Part shown: positions 20,117 through 28,868 of the stretch, one piece after another
How positions within the stretch are numbered: position 1 is the stretch's first letter
Layout: every line of letters starts with the position of its first letter
Source of the DNA: Candidatus Eiseniibacteriota bacterium
GTDB taxonomy: Bacteria > Eisenbacteria > RBG-16-71-46
Assembly (NCBI GenBank): GCA_044223005.1
Contig: JBGAML010000010.1
Coordinates: forward strand, 64,001-128,000
Length of the DNA stretch: 64,000 nucleotides
Direction: 5' to 3'
The notes under the pieces: model-generated
Databases searched by the model: none
Told to the model about the DNA's origin: nothing
What the model saw: the letters and a program-made list of their open reading frames with translations, nothing else
Program-made: the position numbers and the translations under genes

Positions 20117-23100
20117 ATGTCCAATCCACTCGTTTCGGAGACCCAGGCCCAGGACACCACGACCCAGCACGAACCGACGCAGGCAGGTCTTCGGGTGCCG
20201 CGACATTTCACCCGAGCGGGCGTGAGCCCGTTCGACGAGGTGAAGTGGACCAAGCGACGCACGGTGATCTCGAACCCCGACGGTTCCGTCGTCTTCAAGA
20301 TGGACGACGTCGAGGTGCCGGAGAACTGGTCGCAGCTCGCCACCGACATCGTGGTGAGCAAGTACTTCCGCAAGGCGGGCCTGCCCGGAACGCCCGGCCA
20401 CGAGGTCAGCGTGCGGCAGGTGGTGCACCGCCTCGCGCACACGATCCGCACGGCCGGTGAGCAGCAGGGCGGCTACTTCGCCACGGGCGAGGACGCCGAC
20501 GCGTTCGAGGCCGAGCTGCAGCACATGCTGGTGAACCAGATCGGCGCGTTCAACTCGCCGGTGTGGTTCAACTGTGGCCTCTGGCACGAGTACCAGATCA
20601 AGGGCTCCGGCGGTTCGTTCGCCGTCGATCTCGAAACCAACGAGATCCGGCCGACCACGGACTCGTACTCGCGCCCGCAGGCGTCGGCGTGCTTCATCCA
20701 GTCGGTCGGCGACGACCTCATGAGCATCTTCGAGCTGGTGAAGAACGAAGCCCGCGTCTTCAAGTACGGCTCGGGCACCGGCACCAACTTCTCCAAGCTG
20801 CGCGGCAAGATGGAGAAGCTCTCGGGCGGCGGCACGTCGTCCGGCCTGATGAGCTTCCTCGAGGTGCTCGATCGCGGCGCCGGCGCCACCAAGTCCGGCG
20901 GCACCACGCGACGCGCGGCCAAGATGGTCGTGCTCGACATGGATCATCCGGAGATCGTCGAGTTCGTGCGCTGGAAGAGCCGCGAGGAGAAGAAGGTCGC
21001 GGCGCTCGTCGCGGCGGGCTACTCGTCCGACTTCAACGGCGAGGCCTACGCCACGGTGTCGGGCCAGAACTCGAACAACTCGGTGCGCGTGCCCGACTCG
21101 TTCATGAACGCGGTCGCGGCCGACGGCGGCTGGAACACCACCATGCGCACCACGGGCGAGGTCTACGAGACGCTGCCCGCGCGCAAGTTGTGGCGCGACG
21201 TCGCGGACGCGGCGTGGGGCTGCGCCGATCCCGGCGTGCAGTTCGACGACACGATCCAGAAGTGGCACACGTGCAAGGACACGGACCGCATCCACGCGAC
21301 CAACCCGTGCTCCGAGTTCGTCTTCCTCGACGACACGGCGTGCAATCTCGCGAGCGTGAACCTCATGAAGTTCCGTCGCGAGGACGGTGGCTTCGACATC
21401 GACGGCTACCGCCACGCGAACCGCGTGTTCTTCCTCGCGCAGGAGATCCTGGTCAGCTTCGCGTCGTACCCGACCGAGAAGATCGCCCGCAACAGCGAGG
21501 ACTACCGCCCGCTCGGCCTCGGCTACGCCAATCTGGGCACGCTGCTCATGGTCGAGGGCCTGCCGTACGACAGCGACGCGGCGCGCGCCTATGCGGCGTG
21601 CATCACGTCGATGATGACGGGCGAGGCCTACGCGCTCTCGGCCGAGATGGCCGCGAGCAAGGGGCCGTTCCGCGGCTACGCGCGCAACGCGGGCAGCATG
21701 ATGGGCGTGATGCGCCTGCACCGCGAGTCGGCGCGTGCGATCGATCCGGCCCGCGCGCCGCACGACCTGCGCCGCTCCGCGATCGAGGCGTGGGACCGCG
21801 CGGTCGCGTACGGCGGCCTGCACGGCTTCCGCAACGCGCAGGCGACGGTGCTCGCGCCCACGGGCACGATCGGCCTGCTCATGGACTGCGACACGACCGG
21901 CGTCGAGCCCGACTTCGCGTTGGTCAAGTTCAAGAAGCTCGCAGGCGGCGGCTACTTCAAGATCGTGAACCAGTCGGTGCCGCTCGCGCTGCAGCGCCTG
22001 GGCTACGACCGCAACGAGATCGAGCGCATCGTCCGCTACGCGATCGGCTACGGAACGCTCGCCGGCGCGCCGCACGTCAACGACTCGAGCCTGCACAACA
22101 AGGGCCTCTCGGACGCCGACATCGAGACGATCGAGAAGGTGCTGCCCAACGTGCTCGACATCCGCCAGGCGTTCGGCCGCGGTATCGTGAACGACGACAC
22201 GCTCACGCGTCTCGGCGTGGCGATGGCCGAGCGCGAGAAGCCGGGCTTCAACGTGCTGCCCTTCCTCGGCTTCACCGACACGCAGATCGACGAGGCGAAC
22301 CTCTACATCTGCGGCACGCAGACGGTCGAGGGCGCGCCGGGGCTGCGCGTCGAGCACCTGCCGGTGTTCGATTGCGCCAACCGCTGCGGCCCGCGGGGCG
22401 CGCGCTTCATCCAGCCGATGGGCCACGTGCGCATGATGGCGGCGGTACAGCCGTTCATCTCGGGCGCGATCAGCAAGACGGTGAACCTGCCCAACGAGGC
22501 GACGGTCGAAGAGGTCGAGAACATCTATACCGAGTCGTGGCGGCTCGGGCTCAAGGCGGTCGCGCTCTACCGCGACGGCTGCAAGCAGAGCCAGCCGCTC
22601 AGCAGCTCGGCCAAGAAGAAGACCGAGGAGCCGGCCGCCGCGGCGATCGACGAGATCGGTCCGCCCAAGCTGCGCCGCCGCCGCCTGCCCAAGCGCCGTC
22701 ACGGCTTCACGCAGGAGGCGCGCATCGCCGGCCACAAGGTGTTCCTGCGCACCGGCGAATACGAAGACGGCGGGCTCGGCGAGATCTTCATCGACATGCA
22801 CAAGGAAGGCGCCGCGTTCCGCAGCATGATGAACTGCTTCGCGATCGCGGTCTCCATGGGCCTGCAGTACGGCGTGCCGCTCGAGGACCTGGTCGACCAG
22901 TTCTGCTTCACGCGCTTCGAGCCGCACGGGCGCGTCGAGGGCCACGACAACATCAAGGTCGCGACCAGCGTGATCGACTACGTGTTCCGCGTGCTCGGGC
23001 TCGAGTACCTCGACCGTACCGATCTCGCGCACGTGATCGACGTCGCGCCCGAGGGCAAGCTGGTGCGGCATCCGTCCGCGACCGAGGTGCCGGTGGGCCG

Positions 23101-23329
23101 CGAGCACCATCAAGGCATGGCCCGGCCGATGGGCGAAGGACGCGCCATGCGCGTCTCGCGCGTGCAGGGTCCGGAGGGCGATCCGCTCGACGTGCAGGGC
23201 GTGATGGTCGAGCAGAACAAGCGCCTGCTCGGCGACGCGCCGGCGTGCGACAACTGCGGACACATCACCGTCCGCAACGGCACCTGCTACAAGTGCCTGA
23301 ACTGTGGGAGCTCGATGGGCTGCAGCTAG
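20117..23329 (+). CDS. nrdJ: Adenosylcobalamin-dependent (class II) ribonucleotide reductase with C-terminal TSCPD-like and Zn-ribbon regions
   Basis: Motifs FNSPVWFN, SACFI, TNPCSEF, ACNLAS, APTGTI, GAISKTVN, YRDGCK; C-terminal CDNCG...CYKCLNCG; AGGAGG SD. Confidence 0.97.
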   Translation: MSNPLVSETQAQDTTTQHEPTQAGLRVPRHFTRAGVSPFDEVKWTKRRTVISNPDGSVVFKMDDVEVPENWSQLATDIVVSKYFRKAGLPGTPGHEVSVRQVVHRLAHTIRTAGEQQGGYFATGEDADAFEAELQHMLVNQIGAFNSPVWFNCGLWHEYQIKGSGGSFAVDLETNEIRPTTDSYSRPQASACFIQSVGDDLMSIFELVKNEARVFKYGSGTGTNFSKLRGKMEKLSGGGTSSGLMSFLEVLDRGAGATKSGGTTRRAAKMVVLDMDHPEIVEFVRWKSREEKKVAALVAAGYSSDFNGEAYATVSGQNSNNSVRVPDSFMNAVAADGGWNTTMRTTGEVYETLPARKLWRDVADAAWGCADPGVQFDDTIQKWHTCKDTDRIHATNPCSEFVFLDDTACNLASVNLMKFRREDGGFDIDGYRHANRVFFLAQEILVSFASYPTEKIARNSEDYRPLGLGYANLGTLLMVEGLPYDSDAARAYAACITSMMTGEAYALSAEMAASKGPFRGYARNAGSMMGVMRLHRESARAIDPARAPHDLRRSAIEAWDRAVAYGGLHGFRNAQATVLAPTGTIGLLMDCDTTGVEPDFALVKFKKLAGGGYFKIVNQSVPLALQRLGYDRNEIERIVRYAIGYGTLAGAPHVNDSSLHNKGLSDADIETIEKVLPNVLDIRQAFGRGIVNDDTLTRLGVAMAEREKPGFNVLPFLGFTDTQIDEANLYICGTQTVEGAPGLRVEHLPVFDCANRCGPRGARFIQPMGHVRMMAAVQPFISGAISKTVNLPNEATVEEVENIYTESWRLGLKAVALYRDGCKQSQPLSSSAKKKTEEPAAAAIDEIGPPKLRRRRLPKRRHGFTQEARIAGHKVFLRTGEYEDGGLGEIFIDMHKEGAAFRSMMNCFAIAVSMGLQYGVPLEDLVDQFCFTRFEPHGRVEGHDNIKVATSVIDYVFRVLGLEYLDRTDLAHVIDVAPEGKLVRHPSATEVPVGREHHQGMARPMGEGRAMRVSRVQGPEGDPLDVQGVMVEQNKRLLGDAPACDNCGHITVRNGTCYKCLNCGSSMGCS

Positions 23330-23354
23330 ACCGGGACATCAGCGAGCTTCTCCG

Positions 23355-23387
23355 CGGGCGGGGCCGAAAGGTCCCGCCCGTTTCGTT
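23355..23387 (+). terminator. Rho-independent terminator after nrdJ
   Basis: CGGGCGGGGCC-GAAA-GGTCCCGCCCG followed by TTTCGTT. Confidence 0.75.
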
Positions 23388-23423
23388 GCGGCGTGCATCG
23401 GGCGCGCGCGTTACGCTTCGCGC

Positions 23424-24497
23424 ATGCGTTCGCATCCCCGCCGTGCCCTCGCCGCCGCGCTCGCGGGCGCGGCGTGCCTGCTCGCCCCGCTCGTCCACGC
23501 GACCCCGATGCGGCTGGTCGTGCCCGCCTACCAGTACCCGACCGAAGGCGGCACGTGGGCCGGTCTCGCCGCGGCGGCATCGCACGTCCCGCTCGCGGTG
23601 ATCCTCGATCCCGCGAACGGTCCCGGCGACGTACAGGATCCCAATTACGTCGCGGCGGTGAACGCCGTGCGGGCCGCGGGCGGCAAGGTCTACGGCTACG
23701 TGTACTCGCATTACGCGGCGCGCGGCGCGGACACGGTGCTCGCGGACGCGGCGCGCTATCCGTCGCTCTACCCGATCGACGGCGTGTTCGTCGACGAGGT
23801 GACGGCGGACGCCGCGCCCGCGCACCTCGCGTACTACGCGGGGCTCGTCGCCGGGATCCACGCGGCGCTGCCGGGCCTGCCGGTGATGGGCAACCCGGGC
23901 ATCGCGTGCGACTCGGCGTACGTCGCGAGCGTCCACTTCGACGAGCTGCTCGTGTTCGAGCACTTCGCGGGCTACGAGTCGTGGTCGCCCGCGGCCTGGA
24001 TGCTGCGCCAGCCGCCCACGCGCTTCGTGAACCTGCTCTACGCGCGGCACTCGGCCGCGAGCATGCGCGACGCGATCCGCCGCGCTGCGTCGCTGAACGT
24101 CGCGGGCGTCTACGTGTCGGCGGACTCGCTGCCCAATCCGTGGTACGCGCTGCCGCCCTTCTGGGCCGACGAAGTCGCGATGGTGGAAACGACCACCGTG
24201 GCACCGGCCGGACTCGCCGCGCCATCCGCGGCGGCGTCGATCGCGCTCGCGCCGCTCGCGAATCCCGCGCGCGGCGAAGCGCGTTTCGGGCTCGCGCCCG
24301 CGAACGCACCGCGGGCCCTGGAGATCTTCGACGCGCGTGGCCGGTGCGTGGGCCGAGTGGTCGTGGGCGCGTCCTCGCGCGAAGCGGTGTGGGATGGACG
24401 CGACACCGGCGGACGGCGAGCGCCCGCCGGTGTCTACTTCGCGCGCGTCACGGGCGGCACGTCCGGGCCCGCGCGGCGCTTCGTCCTGCTTCGCTGA
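23424..24497 (+). CDS. Spherulation-specific family 4 (GH135-like) glycoside hydrolase with C-terminal sorting domain
   Basis: Motifs VVPAYQYP, ILDPANGPG, VYGYV, IDGVFVDE, GNPG, LVFE, NPW..LP.FW; C-terminus IFDARGR...WDGRD...AGVYFAR. Confidence 0.85.
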   Translation: MRSHPRRALAAALAGAACLLAPLVHATPMRLVVPAYQYPTEGGTWAGLAAAASHVPLAVILDPANGPGDVQDPNYVAAVNAVRAAGGKVYGYVYSHYAARGADTVLADAARYPSLYPIDGVFVDEVTADAAPAHLAYYAGLVAGIHAALPGLPVMGNPGIACDSAYVASVHFDELLVFEHFAGYESWSPAAWMLRQPPTRFVNLLYARHSAASMRDAIRRAASLNVAGVYVSADSLPNPWYALPPFWADEVAMVETTTVAPAGLAAPSAAASIALAPLANPARGEARFGLAPANAPRALEIFDARGRCVGRVVVGASSREAVWDGRDTGGRRAPAGVYFARVTGGTSGPARRFVLLR

Positions 24498-24554
24498 TCC
24501 CCCAGCGCAGCCAGTATTCGCCGTCCGGTCGCACGGACCGGATCAGCAGGCCGA

Positions 24555-24770
24555 TCAACTGCCGTCGCCGTCCGCGTCGCCGTGGCCGCCCGAACCGTTG
24601 CGGGCGTACGTGACCGAAGGCCCGGTCTTGCCCATCGACGGCACGTAGCGGTCGACCGGCGCCGGCACGCGATCCGCGTTGCCGAGGACCGTGCGCACGG
24701 GCTTGACCGGCGCGTTCGTGACGACCGACTGCACCGGCGAGAAACTGCCGATTCCGGAAACCGCGTTCAT
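24555..24770 (-). CDS. Small hypothetical protein (71 aa)
   Basis: GGGAG SD, coding-like codons and an upstream sigma28-like promoter. Confidence 0.55.
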   Translation of the reverse strand: MNAVSGIGSFSPVQSVVTNAPVKPVRTVLGNADRVPAPVDRYVPSMGKTGPSVTYARNGSGGHGDADGDGS

Positions 24771-24823
24771 CGAAGCTCCCTGCGATCCGGGTCGCGCGCG
24801 GGATGCGCGTGCCCGGGGGGAGA

Positions 24824-24849
24824 GTGTCGGCGGGAATCGCGGTTCCTGA
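24824..24849 (-). promoter_or_regulatory. Putative sigma28 (FliA/WhiG)-type promoter
   Basis: Minus strand reads TCAGG-N13-GCCGACAC, about 55 nt upstream of the 71-aa ORF. Confidence 0.4.
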
Positions 24850-24904
24850 AGCCCCCCGATCCGGATTTCACGCGTTCCGGACCAGCCGTGCGTCCTGCGC
24901 GGGA

Positions 24905-25963
24905 TCAGCCGGCGATCGGCTCCCGGGCCCGGCTCCGCGGCGCGGCGGGCCGGCGGCGCGCCGGGCGCGTGTCCACGAGGAAGAGGTGCTCGCGATTGGC
25001 CGCCGGGCCCGGCGTGCCGACCTTGCGGCCCTGCAGGTCATGGATCCCGATCTTGTGCCCGATGTAGCGCGGGTGCGCGAGCGCGAGCTCCTGCAGCTCA
25101 CCGCGGGCGGCGAGCATCTCGCGCAGCGTCTCGAGCGCGAGAAATCCTTCGTCGCTGAACGAGACGAGCAGCCAGCGCGCGCGCACCGCCGCGAGCACGT
25201 CGCTCAGCGCGCCGGCGTGCTCGTGCCGGCGGTTGAACGCGCTCGCGCGCGTTCGCACGTCGGTGCGTTTGAGCGCCACGCCGTAGGTCTCCGGCCGGTC
25301 CCAGCGCACCAGCGATTCCCACACGTGGTAGTTGCCGAGGTAGCTGTGCTGGTTGTACGGCGGGTCCACGTAGGCGAGGTCGGCCTCGACCGTGCGCGCG
25401 GCCTCGAGTGCGTCGAGCGCCGTCGCGGCGCCCTCGCCGTCGAGCATCGCCGGCACGCGCAGCCGCAGCGGCAGGTGCGAGCGCGGCGCCCAGGCTTTCA
25501 GGTACGCCATCTGCACGCCCACCGTGGAGTCCACGCGGTCGGCAGCCTCCATCAGGCTCGTGAGCGCGATCGCCTCGAGCTCGGGCTCCAGCGCCATGGC
25601 CGCGATGCGGTCGCGGATCGCGTCCACGCGCGCGCCGTTGGCGGGCTGCAGGTAGCGGCTGCGCTCGCAGTAGGTCTCGGTGAACCAGCCCGGGCGGCCC
25701 GGCAGCGCGTCGAGTTCGGCGATCACGCGCTCCGCGGGCGCGCGCCAGCGGCGGGCGTCGGCGGCCACGTGGCAGGTGGCGAGTACCCACGCGTAGGCAT
25801 TGTGGTCGTTCGCGTGCACCCGGAACCCGCGCGCCTTGAGGGCGTGGCCGACGCGCGAGGTGCCCGAGAACAGGTCGAGCACGCGCCGCACGCCCGCGCA
25901 CGCCTCGACGCGCGCCACGATGTGCGACACCAGCCGCCGCTTGGAGCCCAGGTACTTGATCAG
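24905..25963 (-). CDS. Orphan DNA adenine methyltransferase (D12/Dam-like class)
   Basis: KYLGSKRRL, motif I DLFSGTSRVG, motif IV YVDPPY. Probable CTG start at 25963, 8 nt after GGAGG; alternative ATG at 26020. Confidence 0.88.
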   Translation of the reverse strand: MIKYLGSKRRLVSHIVARVEACAGVRRVLDLFSGTSRVGHALKARGFRVHANDHNAYAWVLATCHVAADARRWRAPAERVIAELDALPGRPGWFTETYCERSRYLQPANGARVDAIRDRIAAMALEPELEAIALTSLMEAADRVDSTVGVQMAYLKAWAPRSHLPLRLRVPAMLDGEGAATALDALEAARTVEADLAYVDPPYNQHSYLGNYHVWESLVRWDRPETYGVALKRTDVRTRASAFNRRHEHAGALSDVLAAVRARWLLVSFSDEGFLALETLREMLAARGELQELALAHPRYIGHKIGIHDLQGRKVGTPGPAANREHLFLVDTRPARRRPAAPRSRAREPIAG

Positions 25964-26082
25964 TCGAGCCGCCTCCCCGCGCGGCACGGGAGCGTGCGCG
26001 CGCGCCGCAGCGTAGCGCATCGGTGCGCCGCGCCGCAGCGCGCCGCTTGCGCCCGGCGGCGGCGCCCGGCAGAGTGCCGCGC

Positions 26083-27207
26083 ATGACCTCCGCGGCCCCC
26101 ACCCGTCCGTGGCGATTCTCCCCGCAGTGGCTGCTGCGCGCGCTGCTCGTGTTCGTGGCGATCGCGCCGATCGCGCGCGCCACGGGCGCCGGAGCGCTGC
26201 CCGTATTCGTGTTCAGCGCGCTCGCGATCGTCCCGCTCGCCGGGCTGATGGGCGAGGCGACCGAGTCCATCGCCGCACGGCTCGGCGCCGGTGTCGGCGG
26301 CCTCCTGAACGCCACCTTCGGCAACGCCGCCGAGCTGATCCTCGCGCTCGTCGCGCTCTCGCGCGGCTACCCCGAGGTCGTGAAGGCGTCGCTCACCGGC
26401 TCGATTCTCGGCAACACGCTGCTGGTGCTCGGCGTCGCGATGGTCGCGGGCGGCGCCCGGCGCGAGCGCCAGACGTTCGACCGCGCGGCCGCCGCCGCGT
26501 CGTCGACGCTGCTGCTGCTCGCGGCGATCGCGCTGGTCGTGCCGGCCGCGTTCCACTTCGTGGCCGAGAGCGCCGAAGCGCGCGGTGCACTGACGGCGGC
26601 CCGCGAGACGGACATCGAGCACACGCTCTCGGTCCTGATCGCGATCGTGCTGTTCGCGGCCTACCTGCTCAACCTGCTCTTCTCGCTGCGCACGCACCGC
26701 CACCTCTACGCCGGCGGCGCCGCGCACGCCCACGCCGCGCCCGCGGGGCCGGTCGGCCGCGCGGTCGTCACCCTGCTCGTCGCCACCGCGCTGGTCGCGT
26801 GGATGAGCGAGCTGCTGGTCGGCGCGGTCGAGGGCGCCTCGCACGCGCTCGGGTTCACCGAGGTGTTCGTGGGCGTGATCGTGGTCGCGATCGTGGGCAA
26901 CGCCGCCGAGCACTCCACCGCGGTGACGGTCGCGATGAAGAACCAGATGGACCTCGCGTTCAACATCGCGATCGGCTCCAGCATCCAGATCGCGCTGTTC
27001 GTCGCGCCGCTGCTCGTGTTCGCGTCGCGCCTCATGGCCGGACGGGCGATGGACCTGCTGTTCTCGCCGTTCGAGGTGCTGGCGGTGATGGTCGCCACCG
27101 TGGTCGCGAACCTGGTCGCCGCCGACGGCGAATCCAACTGGCTCGAGGGCGCGATGCTGCTCGCGGTCTACCTCGTGCTCGCGGTGGCGTTCTACTTCCT
27201 GCCCTGA
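26083..27207 (+). CDS. cax: Calcium/proton exchanger (CAX/ChaA family)
   Basis: Two alpha-repeat motifs (NATFGNAAE, IVGNAAEH), GSSIQIALFV, GESNWLEG. Confidence 0.93.
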   Translation: MTSAAPTRPWRFSPQWLLRALLVFVAIAPIARATGAGALPVFVFSALAIVPLAGLMGEATESIAARLGAGVGGLLNATFGNAAELILALVALSRGYPEVVKASLTGSILGNTLLVLGVAMVAGGARRERQTFDRAAAAASSTLLLLAAIALVVPAAFHFVAESAEARGALTAARETDIEHTLSVLIAIVLFAAYLLNLLFSLRTHRHLYAGGAAHAHAAPAGPVGRAVVTLLVATALVAWMSELLVGAVEGASHALGFTEVFVGVIVVAIVGNAAEHSTAVTVAMKNQMDLAFNIAIGSSIQIALFVAPLLVFASRLMAGRAMDLLFSPFEVLAVMVATVVANLVAADGESNWLEGAMLLAVYLVLAVAFYFLP

Positions 27208-27219
27208 GCGCGCTGCGGC

Positions 27220-28623
27220 TCAGGCCGCGCGGTCCAGTCCTTCGGCCGCCGCGCCGGGCGCCGCACCACTGCGGCCGATCGCCACGGCGAGTCCGTCGAG
27301 CGCCACGGGGCAGAGCCCCACATTGCGGTCCCGCTCGAGGATCGACAGCACCTGCTCCGACTCGAGCGCCGGCCGGTATGGCCGCCGCGTGCTCAGCGCG
27401 TCGTAGATGTCCGCGACGGCGAGCACCCGCGAAAGCTCCGGCACCTGCGCGCCGCGCAGGCCGCGGCAGTAGCCGCCGCCGTCCAACCGCTCGTGGTGCG
27501 AGGCGCTCGCGAAGGCGAGCCATTCGAACCCGCGCACGTGCTCGAGGATGCGCTCGGTGTAGTACGAGTGCATGCGCATCACTTCCCACTCCGACGGCGT
27601 CAGCGGCGCGGGCTTGTCGAGGATCGAGTTGGGCACGGTGAGCTTGCCCAGGTCGTGCAGCAGGCCCGCCCGGCGCAGTTCGGCGATGTCCGCCTCGGGC
27701 CAGCCGAGCTGGTGCCCGATGCTGACGGCGAGCTGCGTGGTCCGCTGCGAGTGCGCGCCGGTGAAGGGGGACTTGGCGTCGACGACCTCAGCGAACACCT
27801 GGGCGATCCGGTCCATCAGGCGCGTGCCCGCGAGCAGCGCCGCACCGCCCGGCTCGGCAGCGACGACCGCCTCCTGCAGCTCGCGCGTCGACAGCGAACG
27901 CCAGCGCGCCAGCGGCGCCTCGATGCCCTCGCACGCGGCGACCACGACCGGATCGAACCAGCGCCCCGCGCGCCGCCGCACCAGCGCCAGCGCCTGCGTC
28001 TCGCCGTCACGCACGGCGAAGACCTCGAGCGTCTGCGCGAGCGTGAGTATGCGCGCCACGATCGGGATCTCGTCGCCGCGCAACCCACGCGGCTGCCCGC
28101 GCCCGTCCCAGTGCTCGTCGAGCGCGCGCACGGCGTCCGCCGCGCCCGCGCCGAGCCCGAGCTGGCCGACGATCGCCGCACCGCGCTCGCAGCGCGTCTC
28201 GACGAGCTCCTTCGCGAGCTTCGGCCCGCCGCGGCCGATGCGCGCCACGCGCGCCGCTCGCTCGAACCACGACGCCGCCGGCGCCACGTGTGCCATCGCG
28301 TAGAACGCGGCGCGGAAGTAGTTGGTCCAGTCGACGCGCATGCGCGCGCCCTTGGCGATCCGTTCGTCGCCGCCGAAGAGCGTGAAGAGCTGCGCCGCGT
28401 TGCTCGAGCAGCCGACGTCCTTGAGGAGCGCGGCGTAGTAGAGGTCGCGCTGCTGCGCGAGCGTGAGCCCGAGCCGTTCGCCGATCGTCTGCGCGACCAG
28501 GCACGTGCGCAGCGCATGGCCCATCGGCTGCCCCTCGGTGAGATCGAGGGCGAACGAAAGCGCCGAGAACACGTCGGAAAGCAGGACGGACTCGGGCGCG
28601 GGGGTGCGGGTTCGCAGGGTCAC
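27220..28623 (-). CDS. Tandem HD-GYP domain phosphohydrolase (putative cyclic dinucleotide phosphodiesterase)
   Basis: Degenerate N-terminal domain (LLKDVG, EHWDGRGQP); C-terminal domain HSQR, LLHDLGK, HHERLDGGGYC, ADIYDAL..RRPYR. Confidence 0.9.
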   Translation of the reverse strand: MTLRTRTPAPESVLLSDVFSALSFALDLTEGQPMGHALRTCLVAQTIGERLGLTLAQQRDLYYAALLKDVGCSSNAAQLFTLFGGDERIAKGARMRVDWTNYFRAAFYAMAHVAPAASWFERAARVARIGRGGPKLAKELVETRCERGAAIVGQLGLGAGAADAVRALDEHWDGRGQPRGLRGDEIPIVARILTLAQTLEVFAVRDGETQALALVRRRAGRWFDPVVVAACEGIEAPLARWRSLSTRELQEAVVAAEPGGAALLAGTRLMDRIAQVFAEVVDAKSPFTGAHSQRTTQLAVSIGHQLGWPEADIAELRRAGLLHDLGKLTVPNSILDKPAPLTPSEWEVMRMHSYYTERILEHVRGFEWLAFASASHHERLDGGGYCRGLRGAQVPELSRVLAVADIYDALSTRRPYRPALESEQVLSILERDRNVGLCPVALDGLAVAIGRSGAAPGAAAEGLDRAA

Positions 28624-28630
28624 GTCCGGA

Positions 28631-28658
28631 TTATCGGAATGCCCGGTCCCGGGTTTGA
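28631..28658 (-). promoter_or_regulatory. Putative sigma28-type promoter, possibly producing a leaderless transcript
   Basis: Minus strand reads TCAAA-N15-TCCGATAA, ending 7 nt before the GTG start of the HD-GYP gene. Confidence 0.55.
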
Positions 28659-28868
28659 GGGCGAGACCGATTTTTCCGCCACTTGCCGGGATTCCCGTGC
28701 GTGTTGCGAGACGCGTTGCAGGAAGCCTCTGGCGCTTCCGACTCGACCCGTTCTAACATTGACGTGGCACCAATACACATGTCGGTACCCGGCTCGGGTC
28801 CCGTTCGCGCCTTCCCCCCGGGCGAGCGGGCACCCCCGGCCAGAACCGCAACCTGCTAGGAGTTCTCC

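Noticed and set aside
20117..23329. Possible intein or intron in nrdJ
   Set aside because: The catalytic motifs are contiguous. No intein splice-junction or LAGLIDADG motifs are visible, and the length is explained by the C-terminal domains.
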